Shown here: positions 24,881 through 38,161 of the stretch, piece by piece
Layout: each line of letters starts with the position of its first letter
How positions within the stretch are numbered: position 1 is the stretch's first letter
Program-made: the position numbers and the translations under genes
The notes under the pieces: model-generated
Told to the model about the DNA's origin: nothing
Seen by the model: the letters and a program-made list of their open reading frames with translations, nothing else
The model's database searches: none
Assembly (NCBI GenBank): GCA_023213395.1
Contig: CM041465.1
Location: 123,325,741-123,389,740 of the forward strand
Origin: Cycas panzhihuaensis
Lineage: Eukaryota > Plantae > Cycadophyta
Direction of reading: 5' to 3'
DNA: 64,000 bases

Positions 24881-27155
24881 TCTGGTCTTGATTCACTCAG
24901 CCACAGGTTGTACACATAGCCCATATGACCTTATGATAAATGACAAAATGTGCTAATATACATTTTCACGCTTAAATTTGTATTTTTAACAACACAAAAC
25001 CACTCTTTTGAGCATAATCTTATATATGATATCAAATTCACGATCCATCTAAACTGGAAAAATTTTAACTCAGACACCGTCATAATACATGGTCACGTAA
25101 GTATTTTTGTTAATCATTTGAAAGAGAATTTAATCAATGAATTTTGGATGATTTAAAAAGCAATAAATTTAGTTCATTTTAATATTATATAGGTCTATAA
25201 CTTGGACTCATATTTTCAATCTATGTTTACACTTTTCAGTTGGATATTATAATTGAGTATTTCTCCTTTATAATATGACTCCCATGGAGACTTAGAGGAC
25301 TTCTCCTTAATTTTTCTATCACCAACAATAGAAAAGAGGCCTCATCTATGCAGTCTTCCTAATAAGAATGTCTTCATAATAAGACACTCTTAAGCATATA
25401 CTTCTCAAGGTGAAGACATTAAACAACTTTGAGCTTTTTCTTTTTAGTCTCATATTCTTTGGAAGAAGATGTTAGTTCATCCTCTTCTCAACCTTTTGTA
25501 AGGTCCTCTAGAGGGGTTGAGTCTTTGACTCCTCAAGCGTATCATTCTTGTAAGTCTCCTTCAATCTCTCACATATAATTTGCTTTGTCTAGCCCTATGC
25601 CTTCCATATAACCATTGACAAATTCTTCCTCTTTTCTTCAAAATCCTATATTTAGGTTGGATCTTTCATGATTATCATCATCCTTTCCTATTTCTACCCC
25701 CTTGATATAAAGCATACCGTTTGGATCATCGGGCTTAGTTAGTCATACTTCGCAACTAGAATCTCAATCCATACCTCAAACAATTTTACAACCAACCTTT
25801 CAAGAGGTTCCACTTCAAGTTTCTACTATGACCTTTACTAATTTGGCTCAAATAGCTCAAGCCTTGGGTACTCTTGGTGATTTGTTAAATCAAGTAATAA
25901 ACCGTTAATCCAAAATGACAAGTTGTCAAAAATTTCAAGTGAAAAGTAGCTCAGAGAGGAGATAGAGGTAGTTGAAGATTGGGGGAGAGCATGTTTAAGA
26001 AATCTTTAAGAGGGTAATAGTGAAGCAATGGTATGTAGGTCCTTGTGTGTATGAGTTATTTATGGAAATCATTATTACTACCCTGTATTTAGTGGAGTCA
26101 AGGGTTCTATCATTTTAGTATGGTTGGTTGGCCAATTTACTTCAAATTGGGAGTTTATATGGCTTCCTTAGGAAGTAATTAATCCTTTATAAAAGTGATT
26201 AAAGCAAACCAATCCAAAGTACTTTTATCTTCTCTATTTAATTTACAAGGGAAGAATGACATCAAAGCAAGCCAAGAAATTCATCCCCAAGGTCTTCAAT
26301 AAGGATAGTCAAATTTTCCAATGGTCTTTTTCAGAATTAGTGATGTTTCTAATACTCTGTAAGAAGTTTACTCCTGCACTTTAAAAGCGTACTTTGTTGG
26401 CCAAATGCCCCTAGAAGCTATTGTTCAATAGTGGGCTAAGTTAACTATCAAAATTTCTAATAGAAAATAGTATCCATTTGGAACTTATGGAAGGGTTTTT
26501 TTTTCCCCTTTATCTTTGAATCTCTAGAAGCCTGACAACAAGTATTGTGTAAAGGCTCATGGATATGCTAAAGAAACTTGGTTATTTTTTATTATTGGGA
26601 TCTATACTTCTTTATAGATAGGGACACTACTTTTAAATACCTAGTGTAGGTGGAGTTCTTGAGTCTTTCAATGTACTATTGACCTTTTATAAAGGAACTC
26701 AGATAGTCGTTAGGGGACATTATCTCTCTAAAACTCCACAAGGAGTTCTCATTGTTGGGTATGTGACAATAATGTGTAAGGATTCTAAAATTTTAGACCT
26801 TTTTCAGCGTAGTTTTTCCTACCAATTTTTCTTGGGAGAATCCAAGGGAACCGACAACCCCCCTTAAGCCAGGAGGTGTGAGGGGAGTAGCACTTGAGAA
26901 GGTTTATACAATGCAAAATTGTGTAGATATGTTCAATAAACCAGTATTACTAGAGAAACTCAAATGGTGTTTGGCTTCTTTTGGTTTGTAGAAAGGGTGA
27001 TGAATGGTTCATGGAAGGTACTAGGTAAAATTATTGTCAAGGTGGAGATTGTTGGGTATGTGACAACAATGCATAAGGAGACTAAAATTTTGGACCTTTT
27101 TTAGCACGATTTTTTCCACCAACTTTCCTCGGGGGGATCCAAGTGGGGTGGTAAA

Positions 27156-30100
27156 TGTTGGATATGTTGAACACTTTACAGGTGTTATATATGTATAAGG
27201 GGGTTAAAATTTTGGTCTTGCTTCGGTGCAGTTTTTCCCTCCAACTCCTTGTGGGATGATCCAAGGGATGTGGCAACCCCTTTTGGTGGGGGGGTGCAAG
27301 GGGTGGGGGAATTGTCTCCTCCTCCCCTTCTCCCCTCCTTAAAATAGGGGTTCGGGGGTGACAACCCCAAAGCAAATTTTAGGGTTCAAACAGAAAAGAG
27401 AATCATGGTCGCTCATCATAAAAACTCTAAATCTAACGGTTGAAATCTTGCACCTTCTTATGACATTCTTTATGTAACCTAAATTAAATAATTCTTTGTA
27501 GAGTGACAAAGTGGATGAGTTGATGAGGCGAGTTGGGGTTTCATCTCTGTAATTCTGTAGCTATTGCTCAGGTTAATAAAATGTTTATGCTTAGACCTGA
27601 ACCTCCTAGTGTTTTTTGTTGTGTGTTTGATTTGTTTATGTTATTTTTCTTTGCATGGTTAAAGTTATGTTAATATTATTTTCACAGTTGCATTTTGCTC
27701 TTTATTTGGTATTACAACTAAGGGTTTTAGTTCTGTGGGAAGCCATTTGGTGAGTGGGAGTCTTGTTTGGTAAACTTAAGTGTGAAGATCATAGCAAGTA
27801 CTACAAAGATGGAGACTGAAAAGTACAATGACTAGAACTTTGAGTTGTAGAAGCTAAAGATGGAGTATATCTATATCGTGAAAGATTAGTGGATCGTTGT
27901 GGTAGGAACAAAGCATGCGACTATGGGTGATGATGACTAGAAGAAGCTTGATTGAAAAGTAATCAGTTTGATAAGGCTATGCCTTAAAGACACGATGTTT
28001 TTCAACGTTGCAACAGAGACTGCGACCAAAGATTTGGAGACAAAGTTAAGGGCTTTGTATTGAATTAAGTCTTTGGTTAATAAGATATTTCTTTGAGAAA
28101 AGTTGCATTCACTCAGAATGAGTGATGGAGATGTAGTTGCAGATCATTTCACTACATTTAACACTGTGGTGAGTCAGCTTGTTTTAGTTGGGGTAATAAT
28201 GTCTGAAGAAGATAAGTGTATTGCCTTGTTATGCTTGTTTTGTGAGTCATGGGATAATCTTGTGACGACAATTGGTAGTACAGGTGCTACCACTTTAAAA
28301 TTTGATGATGTTGTTGCTACTTTGCTGTCAGAAGAGACAAGCCAAAAATCTCTTGAAGATTATTTAAAAAAAGTATTAGTAGTGAGAGGTCAAATTTTGG
28401 ATTGCGATCAATAAAGCCCTAGGAACAGACAACCAAAATCTAGAGGAAATCTAAATCTCCAAGCAGAGGCCCTTTGGTATGCTAGAGATGTGGAAAGGCT
28501 AGCCATATGAAGAGGCAGTGTTGAGTTAAGGTTGACAATGGAAAGTCACATGAAGCTACTTCTTTCATGATAGTAAAAGCCTCCAATGAAGCCGATGGCG
28601 ATGTTTATTTGGTAACTTTAGGTAAGTTGTCAAATGTTGAGTCTTGGTTAATCGACTCTGGTGCTTTGCTTCATGTTACTCCCCATAAGAAGTTTTATGA
28701 ATACCCAAGTATTGATGGAGGTGAAGTATTTCTTAAGAATCATTACCCATATAAAGTTATAGGTCATGGAAGGGTGAAGGTTTGATTTGGGAATGAAAGG
28801 GTTAAAATTATCCCTGATGTGAGTCATATTCTAGTTTGGCTATGAGTATGTTGTCTATTAGTCAATTGGGTGATGTAGGAATATAAGTGATTTTTAATAA
28901 AGATGATTGCGGAATGGTACAAAGAGCATTGGTGTTAGTAAGAGGGGTCTGATTTGGAACGTTATACAAGCTTGATGCGAGCACAATGTGTGTTGACAGT
29001 TGTAATCCAACTATTATAAAAAGTAGCAATAATATAGGTAGGACCCAAATATCACTTGCTGGTAAAACTATGTTGTGGCATCAGAGATTGGGTCATATTG
29101 GAAAGAAATGTCTCCATGATTTATTCTCGAAAGGTATGGCAGAAGATATCTTTAGAATTAATGGCTCTTTTGATTTTGATTTCTATGAGCATTGTGTGTA
29201 TGGTAAACAGAATCAAGTTAGTTTTCCTTTAAGTTCAAAGAGAGTAAAGGGTATTCTTCAATTGGTACACAACGATGTTTTTGGACCTGTTGATGTACTC
29301 TCATTGGGTGGATCCAAATACTTTGTCTCGTTCATAGATGATTTATCAAGAAAAACATGGCTGTATTTTCTCAGAGAGAAATCTGAGGTCTTCAGTAAAT
29401 TCAAAGAATTTAAGACCTTTGTCGATAATCAGAGTGACAAGCAGATCGAGGTACTAAGGAATGATAATGGAGGTGAGTTTTACTCAAAGGAGTTTGAGTA
29501 GTTCTGTAAATAGTATGGGATAGTAAGACAAAAGATAATTTCCTATACGCCACAACATAACGAAGTTGCTGAAAGGATGAATAGGACCTTGCTGGAGAGA
29601 TCAAGGAGTGTGTTTAGTAAACAGATCACCGACGGCTGCCTTAGTGTACAAAACACCTGAATAAGTGTGGTCTAGTGAAAAACTATCTCTTGGTCATCTT
29701 AGAGTTTTTGGTTTTGAAGCTTTTGTGTATGTTCTTAAATAACAGGGAACTAAGCTTGATTTTAAAGCACAAAAGACTATTTTCATTGACTATGGTGATG
29801 GTGTCAAAGGGTACAAGCTTTATAACCTTGAATCATAAAATGTTGTATATAACTGTGATGTTGTCTTAAGGAGGAGTTTAACTCTCTAAAGCAAGATGAT
29901 GAACCAAAGGAGGAAGACTCTAAGAAGGTACAGTTTGAGGTAAGAGATAAAGATTCTGCATCAGAATATGAGTTAATCGAAGAGGAAGGACTAATTGTAG
30001 AGGTAGCTCAACCTCAAGAACTCCACATCTTGAGGAGATCAACTCATGAGAGAAGACAGTTTGACAAATATATTCTTAAGGACTTTTGTCGCTCCTCTTT

Positions 30101-32269
30101 TGTTTTATCGGTTACAGATGATGATCCAGGTATTGTTAAGGAGGCTATGGAGTCAAAAGAGAGCCAACTCTGGGTGAAGCTTATGGAAGAAGAAATGATG
30201 GCCTTGGATAAAAATAACATATGGGATTTGGTGGATTTGTTTGATGGCAGAAAACCTATTGATAACAAATAGATCTTCAAGAAGAAGTTTCAGGCAAATG
30301 GTACTGTGGAAAAGTACAAGGCTCGCTTAGTAGCAAAGGGTTATTCCTAGGTCAATGGAATAGATTTTGGTGAGGTATTTTCTCATGTTGTAAAAGTAGC
30401 TTCTATTAGATTTTTATTGGCTGTAGCAGCTGCCTATGACCTTAAGGTGGATTAAATGGATGTGAAGACTATGTTTCTTCATGGTGACCTTGAGGAAGAA
30501 ATTTATATGTTACAACCTCAAGGTTTTGAAGTTGTAGGGAAGAAGAATATGGTGTGTAGGTTGAAGAAGTCATTATATGGTTTGAAATAGTCACCAAAGA
30601 TGTGGTATCAGAAGTTCGATTCATATATATTGGCAGATGATTTTATATCCATCAAAGCAAATCATCATGTTTATTATAAACAGGTTGGTGATCACTTTGT
30701 TATTCTAGCTTTATATGTTGATGACATACTTTTAGTTGGTAACAATGAAGAAATGAGCCAACTTGTGAAAGCCAACTAGTATCTCATTTAGAGATGAAGG
30801 ACCTTAGTGCTACACATTTTATTTTGGGCATTAAGATTAAAAGGGATAGGAGAAGTAGGAAGATTTAGCTTAGTCAAAGACGGTACATTAAGATAATATT
30901 GTAGCAGTTCAAGTTGCAGGATAGTAAACTAGTTAATATTCCTCTTTTTGTTAGTTTAAAATTATCAGTTGAACAATGCCCAAAGACTCACTAAGAAGTT
31001 GAAGACATGGCATTTGTCCTTTATGCTAGTGTTGTTGGTAGTCTGATGTATGCAATGGTTTGTACTCGACTAGACATTATCCATCTAGTGGGAGTAGTTA
31101 GTAGGTACATGTCAAACCTAGGCAGGGAGCATTGCTTGGCTATGAAAATAATTTTCAAGTATTTGCGAGGTATATTAGACTATGGAATTTGCTATCAAGG
31201 AGATCTCATAGAGTGTAGGACAATAAACCTGAGAGGGTCTGTTGATGCTAATTGGGTTGGAGATCTTGACAACAGAATATCTATAAGCGAGTATGTTTTT
31301 ACCCTTTGTGGTGGCACAGTTAGATGGATGAGCAAAAGACAAGAAGTTGTGGCACTTTCTAGCATAAACGACGAGTATATGATAGCTACCCATGTGTGCA
31401 AGGAAGCAGTTTGATTACATCGATTATGCACAAATGTTGGATTTAAGGAGGATGCTACAAGTATAAATTATAATAGTCAAAGTGTAATCTACCCAGCGAA
31501 GAACTCCACTTTTCATACTCGGTCGAAGCATATTGATGTGCAATTCTATTTTTTATGAGAGAGTTCAAGATTACAACATGGACTTGCAAAAGATTACTAC
31601 ATATGAAAGTGTTGTAGACTCATTGAGCACAGAAAAATTTAAATGGTGTAGAAAGGCAATGGGTATTTGTGATTTTGGCATTAAGTAGTTGTGTATGTAG
31701 GTTTCTTGTAAAGTGTTCAACAAGTGGGAGATTGTTGTGTATGTTGAACACTTTACAAGTGTTACATATGTATAAGGAGGCTAAAATTTTGGTCATTCAT
31801 TAGCGCAGTTTTCCCCTCTAACTCCTTGTGGGGGGATCCAAGGGGGGTGGCAACCCCCTTTGGTATGGGAGGCACGGAGGGAGGGGAGAGATGTCTCTCC
31901 CCTCTGCAAGCAGGGGTTCGAGGGCGACTGCCCCTGAAGTAAATTTTAAGGTTCAAACAGAAAAGAGAATCATGGCCGCTCATCATAAAGACCCTAGATC
32001 TGACAGTTGAAATCTTGCACTTTTTAATGACATTCTTCATGTAACATGAATTGGGTAATTCTTTATAGAGTGTATATTGGATGAGTTGATGAGGTGAGTT
32101 GGGGTTTCGTCTTTGTAATTCTTTAGCTATTGCTCAGATTAATAAAAGGTCTATGCTTAAACCTGGATCTCTTAGTGTTCTTTGTTGTGTGCTTGATTTA
32201 TTTTGCTATTTTTCTTTGTATGGTTAAAACTCTATTAATATTGCTTTCACGGTTACATTTTTCTCTTCA
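27156..32269 (+). mobile_element. Ty1/Copia element B, full-length but degenerate, inserted in the LTR of element A
   Basis: LTRs 27156-27704 and 31733-32269 (TGTTG.ATATGTTGAACACTTTACA...CTCTTCA). Degenerate PBS TGGTATTACAAC at ~27707; PPT AAGTGGGAGAT at 31722-31732. Flanks GTAAA/GTAGC form an imperfect TSD. Confidence 0.9.
27791..31688 (+). pseudogene. Disrupted gag-pol of Copia B (gag, protease, integrase, RT, RNase H)
   Basis: ORF fragments: ESWDNLVTT (gag), WLIDSGA (protease), LWHQRLGH/YFVSFIDDLSR/LRNDNGGEF (integrase), YASVVGSLMYAMVCTR (RT), VDANWVGD/QEVVALSS (RNase H). Many TAG/TGA stops. Confidence 0.92.
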
Positions 32270-34444
32270 GTAGCCCCCTTAGTAGGGGGTGTCGAAACTG
32301 CCTCTCGTAAATAACAGTTAGGGGGTGCTAGCCCCTAAAGTAAAAAGCTAGGGTTTTAAACCTATTAAATTGTAAAGAGAATCATGGCCATTCATAAAAA
32401 AGGCCATAGATCTGATGGTTGGGATTATGTACCTTCTTATATGTAACCTGATTTAGGGTAATTGTATCATATTGTATTGTATCGCATTTGAGTGGGTGAT
32501 TGTTGGTTGTTGCTGCTGTGAGAACTTTGTGGTGACTATATGTACAAAATTTTCATTCATGATCAATAAAGCTTGATACATTTTTTGTGTGGATATTTCC
32601 CTAGCACACTATTAGAGTTTTACCACATTAAATTTGGTGTACTTAGTAATGTATATGCTTTTTTGTATATATTGAATGATATCTGGTTTATGTACTTGCA
32701 TTTATTACAGTTTTGAATCTTTGTTCTTACTTGGTTTTGATTATTTAGAACAAAGTTTTCTCAACAAGTGGTATCAGAGCCACTTATATTTTGCAGTAAG
32801 TGTGTGAAGGGTTTGGTATTGGTTTCTTTTACATCAAATGGTGAAAGTAACAAATGCAAAGTTCAAGGTGGAGAAGTTCAATAGGAAATACAACTTCGAG
32901 TTGTGGAAGCTCAAAGCAAATGACGTTCCGGTGCAACATGGATTGTATAGAACTTTTAAAAGGCAAGTGCAGGAAACTCTTGGGAATGGATGATGAAGAA
33001 TTGGAGGACATGGACAAAAGAGCTAATAGCACAATACATTTGTACTTGGCAGATGGAGTTCTAGTTAATATTGGAGATGAAAGTTAGTAGCAAGATTATG
33101 GACCAAGTTAGAAGGCCTGTATATGACAAAGTCTGTGACCAATCGAATCTACTTAAAGATGTAACTGTATTCATTGTGAATGAAGGAAGGTATCAAAATT
33201 CCTGACCATCTAAATGTCTTTAATATTCTTATATGTTAATTAGCTAGCATAGGGTGTAAAGATAGAGGATGAAGACAAGGCAATAACCTTGTTATGCTCA
33301 TTACCTGGGTCTTGGGATAACATTGTCACCTCTAGTAGGTTTAGTACGACTGATGAGCTAGATTATGACTCTGCTGTGAGTACCTTGTTGATTGAAGAGG
33401 TGAGGAGGAAATCCAGTTTAGAAACCTCCATACCAGAAGCCGCGACAACAAGGGGTAGATCCATTGAAAGAGGACAAAGTTCTAGGAATACATCAAGATC
33501 AAAGTCAAAAGGCAAGAAGGGGAATCTAAGATGTTGGCATTGCAATAAGATAGGACACCTCAAGGACTGTTGGAAGAGGAAGGACTTCCAGAAGAAGGAA
33601 GACTCTGTCGAGGAGGCAAATCAGACATAATCAAGTCAAGGTACGGATGATGATGTCTTGGTTGCATGCAATGTCTTTCATTACCATGATGATTGGCTAT
33701 TAGATTCAAGTGCTTCTCACCACGTGTCCACACAATAGTTGGCTTTCTTCATACCAACCTCTTGATGGTGGTGATGTTCTTATGGGAAATGATGTTTCTT
33801 GTAAAGTTGTTGGGATTGGTAGCATCAAGGTCAAGATGTTTGATGGTGTAGTGAGAATCTTAACAGAAGTAAGACATGTACCAGAACTTAAAAGAAACCA
33901 AATTTCTTTGGGTGAGTTACATTCTAGTGGCTTTAAGTACACATGTCATGGAGGAGTAATGAAGGTGTCAAAGGGAGTTGTGGAACATGAGTGAGAAATG
34001 ACTGAAAGTGTTGATGAACCGTAAGTTACTTCTTGATTTGAAGCTTCTAGATTTGACATTTTGTAAACATTGTGTCTTTAGAAAGCAGTATAAACTTAGA
34101 TTTAATGTAGGGAGTTACACAAATAAAGGTATTTTGGATTATGTTCGTTCAGATGTATGGGGACTAACCCCTACAATATCATATAGAGGGGCATTGTATT
34201 TTGTTACACTCATTAATGACTACTCTAGGAAGGTGTGGGTCTATTTTCTGAAAAGAAAGTTTGATGTATTTAGTGTGTTTAAGCATTTTAAAATTTTGGT
34301 TGAAAGAGCACAAGTAAGTCAATCAAATGCTTATGAATAGATAATGGAGGTGAGTTCAATTCTTTGGAGTTTGAAAACTATTGCAGAGAATTAGGGATTG
34401 AAAGACATAAAACTACAAGTTATATTCCACAGTAGAATGGCATT

Positions 34445-37399
34445 CAAGTTGGGTGTGGGAAATACTTATGCTACTTTCTGATCACCAAGATCCGAGTGGG
34501 TGAGGTGAGAGCATACGGTAGATAAGCTTTGAGAATAAGATGGCGATGAGAATAATAAGAGATAACTAAAAATTAAAACATTGACAGATCAGATCTTGAT
34601 ACACAACTGAGTTACTGAAGGCAGAAAAGTAATTTGCTCTTTAAATCTTTCTCTTTATTTCCATCAAGTTCATCAAACAAGGACTTACAACCACTGCCTT
34701 TAACAGAACACACATGAATTCCAAGAGAAAATTCTTCGAGACTTACTATTCTTCGAAAATCTGACTACTTTGCTAGACTCCTTGCTATCTTCTCCTTCAT
34801 CTCTCTCGCACTTTGTCTTCTCCTTGACGCTTGTGTGTTACAAATGAGAGGGATACACTCTTTTATAACTTTACAAGCTTTTTACAACCGTCGGATCCAC
34901 CGACTACCCACCGCCTTACTGGATGCGTTGGATCACTTTAAGTGATCTAATCTTGACCTTTCATCTCGCCGCCTTATAGGAAGCGTTAGATCATCTTTAA
35001 GTGATCTATTCTAGACCCTAGATTTTAAGATCTAATCTACACCCTTTATTTGCATCGCCTCATGAGAGTCGTTAGATCAGTTTTAAGTGATCTAATCTGA
35101 GGCGTCCATCTAGACTACTACTGTTTGTACATATCTTACAATTGTTTAGATATTTATTCGCCAAATTTTAGGCCACTTGGCATCTTGGCTGAATAAATAT
35201 CTTTTCACCTGTGTCATGAGGTGTCCATGGCCCCCGAGTGTTGGGATGCTGACTGGGATGTCAATGTGGTTGTTTGCTCTGGATCTTGTGACTCTTCTAG
35301 AACCATGGTTACTTTTGCTCTTAGGCATCAGTCGATTGTAATCATGATTTGAGGGTACTCTGCATAGTTCAGGACGGTGAGATCTTTGAGTACCGCTGTT
35401 GGTCATATTATTTTGCCATTCTGAAACAACTCTCCATAAAATGGAACTAACTCTTTGCCGAAACTTACAAAGCTTCACTTATAATACTGAGGTAGAAATA
35501 TTAGATTTGACAACTTTCCACAAAACAAGACATATTTTACAATTTTTACCGTAAATATACTTTAGTCAGTAGAGTTAACAAGGATACTTGTTCTGCAATT
35601 TGCATCTGGGAAGAGTGTGATGACACACTTTCTGGAATGTCCCTGAAATTGATTGGATGCGGTTTCGCAGAAATTGAATATATCTTGTTCAGATACCAAC
35701 GGTTCTTCATAATTCCACTGCGTTAGATTTTGTTTGCAGTGATGTACCATGAAGATCGCCATTTCCCTTGTTAGGGCATCAGGGAGACTATTTTGTTTTC
35801 TCGGAATAAACTCCACATTGAATTGGTATTGTGATAACAGAGTTTGCCACCAGGCATATCTTCCTCAGCACAGTTGCGCTGATACTAGTTTATTCATGAA
35901 GAATTTAAAATTTCTACTATCTGTTATAATGGTGAATTGTTTAGGCAATAGGCACTGTCTGTAAGCCTCAATTCCTTTTACAATAGCTAGTATCTCTTTT
36001 TCTGTCGGCTAGTAATTGAGTTCATATTTTTCGAACTGTCCGCTTTTATGCTACCAGAGCCTTTATTCCCTATCTCCTTTTTGTAGAAGTATTGCCGCCC
36101 AATTTTCTTTTGATGCGTCAGTTTGGAGTACATATGGTCATTTTAAAGCAGGTGCCAGTGCTGGCAGTTTTAGGCATTGTTCCTTTATCTTTTTGACGGC
36201 TACTATTGATTCTCCTGACCATTTGAATCCTTCTTTGTTGTAGCATATTCTGATTGGTGCAGTCTGCTTGGAACAATCCTTAATATACATGTGTACATAG
36301 TTAATGCAACCTAAAAATCTTTGGCATTGCTCTACATTTTCTAATTTGTCAGGGAAGCCTATAATTTTCTTAATTACATGATCCTGCATTTGGATACAAT
36401 TATGAGAAATATTTACACCTAAGAATTATATTTTATTTACAGCCACCTGAAATTTTTTGTCATCTGCAGCTAGTCCGATGCTGTGCTCTTTTATGATTCT
36501 TCTAAAGAGTTTGAGATGATCCCAGTGCTCCTCTATGCTGTCAGAGAAAATTAAGAAGTCATCTATATAATTGGCTACAAAATGGTGGAACTTGTTAAAT
36601 ATTCCATCCATTCTCATTTGGAAATGAGCGGGGGCATTTTTTAATCCAAATGGCATAACAAGCCATTCATAAAGCCCCATTGGAGTAATAAAGGTTGTCT
36701 TTTTGATATCCTGCTCAGTTATTCAGATTTGATGGTAGCCAGATTTACAGTCGAACTTGGAAAAAATCTTGCCTTTTGCAACTTTGTTGATGAGTTCTTC
36801 TTTATTTGGCAGGGGCCATTTAATGTCGACCGTGATGATGTTCAGAGGGATGTAGTTTATCACCATCCTTGCTTTACCCCTCCTTTGTTTTGCATGATTT
36901 CTAACAATAAAGGCATAACAACTATAAGAAGAACTAGAAGCTCTGATCAAACCTTTTTCTTCTAATTCTCTTACCTGACTTCGCATTTCAGCGTCGTCAC
37001 TGGAATTGAGCACAATTCTTTTCCCTTGTACTGGGTGATCATGAATTGTTGGGATTGACGCCCAAAACTCATCTCTTTCCCAGTTCTGTAGCAGATGTTC
37101 AATGCAGCATTCTTTCAAAGCTTGAATTGTTTCTGCTAACTGCTCTGGATGCTGGGTTGATACCTCTGAATACTTCTGTATTTTGAACAGTTCCTTTTTC
37201 TGTTCTTTTTCTTCTTCTTCTTTTATAATCTGCTCCAAAGACTTTTCTGCTTCAAGCTGATGAATGTGCACCTTTTTCTTTCTTTCTGAAATTCTGGGTA
37301 GAATTACCCATTCACCTGCCATATGAAATGTGACTGCATCTGATGAAAAACCATAAGGTGACATTGATATAGGATGTTCGTTCCTTGATTCTTTGTCAC
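34445..37399 (-). mobile_element. Endogenous caulimovirid, partial copy 1 (intergenic region, C-terminal extension, RNase H, RT, end of protease)
   Basis: Colinear with 37399-40345. RT motifs FIVRNHAKQRRGKARMVINY, IFSKFDCKSGYHQI, YEWLVMPFGLKNAP, NYIDDFLIFS, RFLGCINY. RNase H motifs LQTDAS and NSLPDALTR. Confidence 0.93.
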
Positions 37400-37607
37400 A
37401 AGTTGGGTGAGGGAAATACTTATGCTACTTTCTGATCACCAAGATTCAAGTAGGCGAGGTGAGAGCATACGGTAGATAAACTTTGAGAATAAGATGGCGA
37501 TGAGAATAATAAGAGATAACTAAAAATCAAAACATTGACAGATCAGATCTTCATGCACAACTAAGTTACCGAAGGCAGAAAAGTAATTTGCTCTTTAAAT
37601 CTTTCTC

Positions 37608-37613
37608 TTTATT
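37608..37613 (-). terminator. Putative viral polyadenylation signal (copy 1 equivalent 34654-34659)
   Basis: Minus-strand AATAAA between the TATA box and the PBS, which would give a terminally redundant transcript. Confidence 0.55.
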
Positions 37614-37813
37614 TCCATCAAGTTCATCAAACAAGGACTTCCAACTACTGCCTTTAACAGAACACACAGGAATTCCAAGAGAAAATTCTTCGAGACTCAC
37701 TATTCTTCGAAAATCTGACTACTCTGCTAGACTCCTTCCTAACTTCTCCTTCCTTTCTCTCACACTTCGTCTTCGCCTTGACGCTTGTGTGTTACAAATG
37801 AGAGGGATACACT

Positions 37814-37821
37814 CTTTTATA
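37814..37821 (-). promoter_or_regulatory. Putative TATA box of the viral pregenomic RNA promoter (copy 1 equivalent 34860-34867)
   Basis: Minus-strand TATAAAAG in the intergenic region, downstream of the polyprotein stop and ~200 nt upstream of an AATAAA; this is the standard caulimovirid layout. Confidence 0.6.
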
Positions 37822-38161
37822 ACTTTACAAGCTTTTTACAACCGTCGGATCCACCAACTATCCACCGCCTTACTGGAGGCGTTGGATCACTTTAAGTGAT
37901 CTAATCTTGACATTTCATCTCGCATAGGAAGCGTTAGATCATCTTTAAGTGATCTATTCTAGACCCTAGATTTTAAGATCTAATCTACACCCTTTATTTG
38001 CACTGCCTCATGAGAGTCGTTAGATCAGTTTTAAGTGATCTAATCTGAGGCGTCCATCTAGACTACTACTGTTTGTACATATTTTACAATTGTTTAGATG
38101 TTTATTCGCCAAATTTTAGGCCACGTGGCATTTTGGCTGAATAAATATCTTTTCATCTATA

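Larger units (their letters stand above)
27050..32766 (+). repeat. Middle LTR of Copia A (27050-27155 plus ~32275-32766), split by element B
   Basis: The two pieces join into a colinear match to the 3' LTR at 45925-46558 and are followed directly by the PBS. Confidence 0.85.

Noticed and set aside
10098-24889. Target-site duplication around the giant palindrome
   Set aside because: The flanks ACCCCACT(T) and (A)TCTGGTCT do not match as direct repeats, so transposon status remains unproven.
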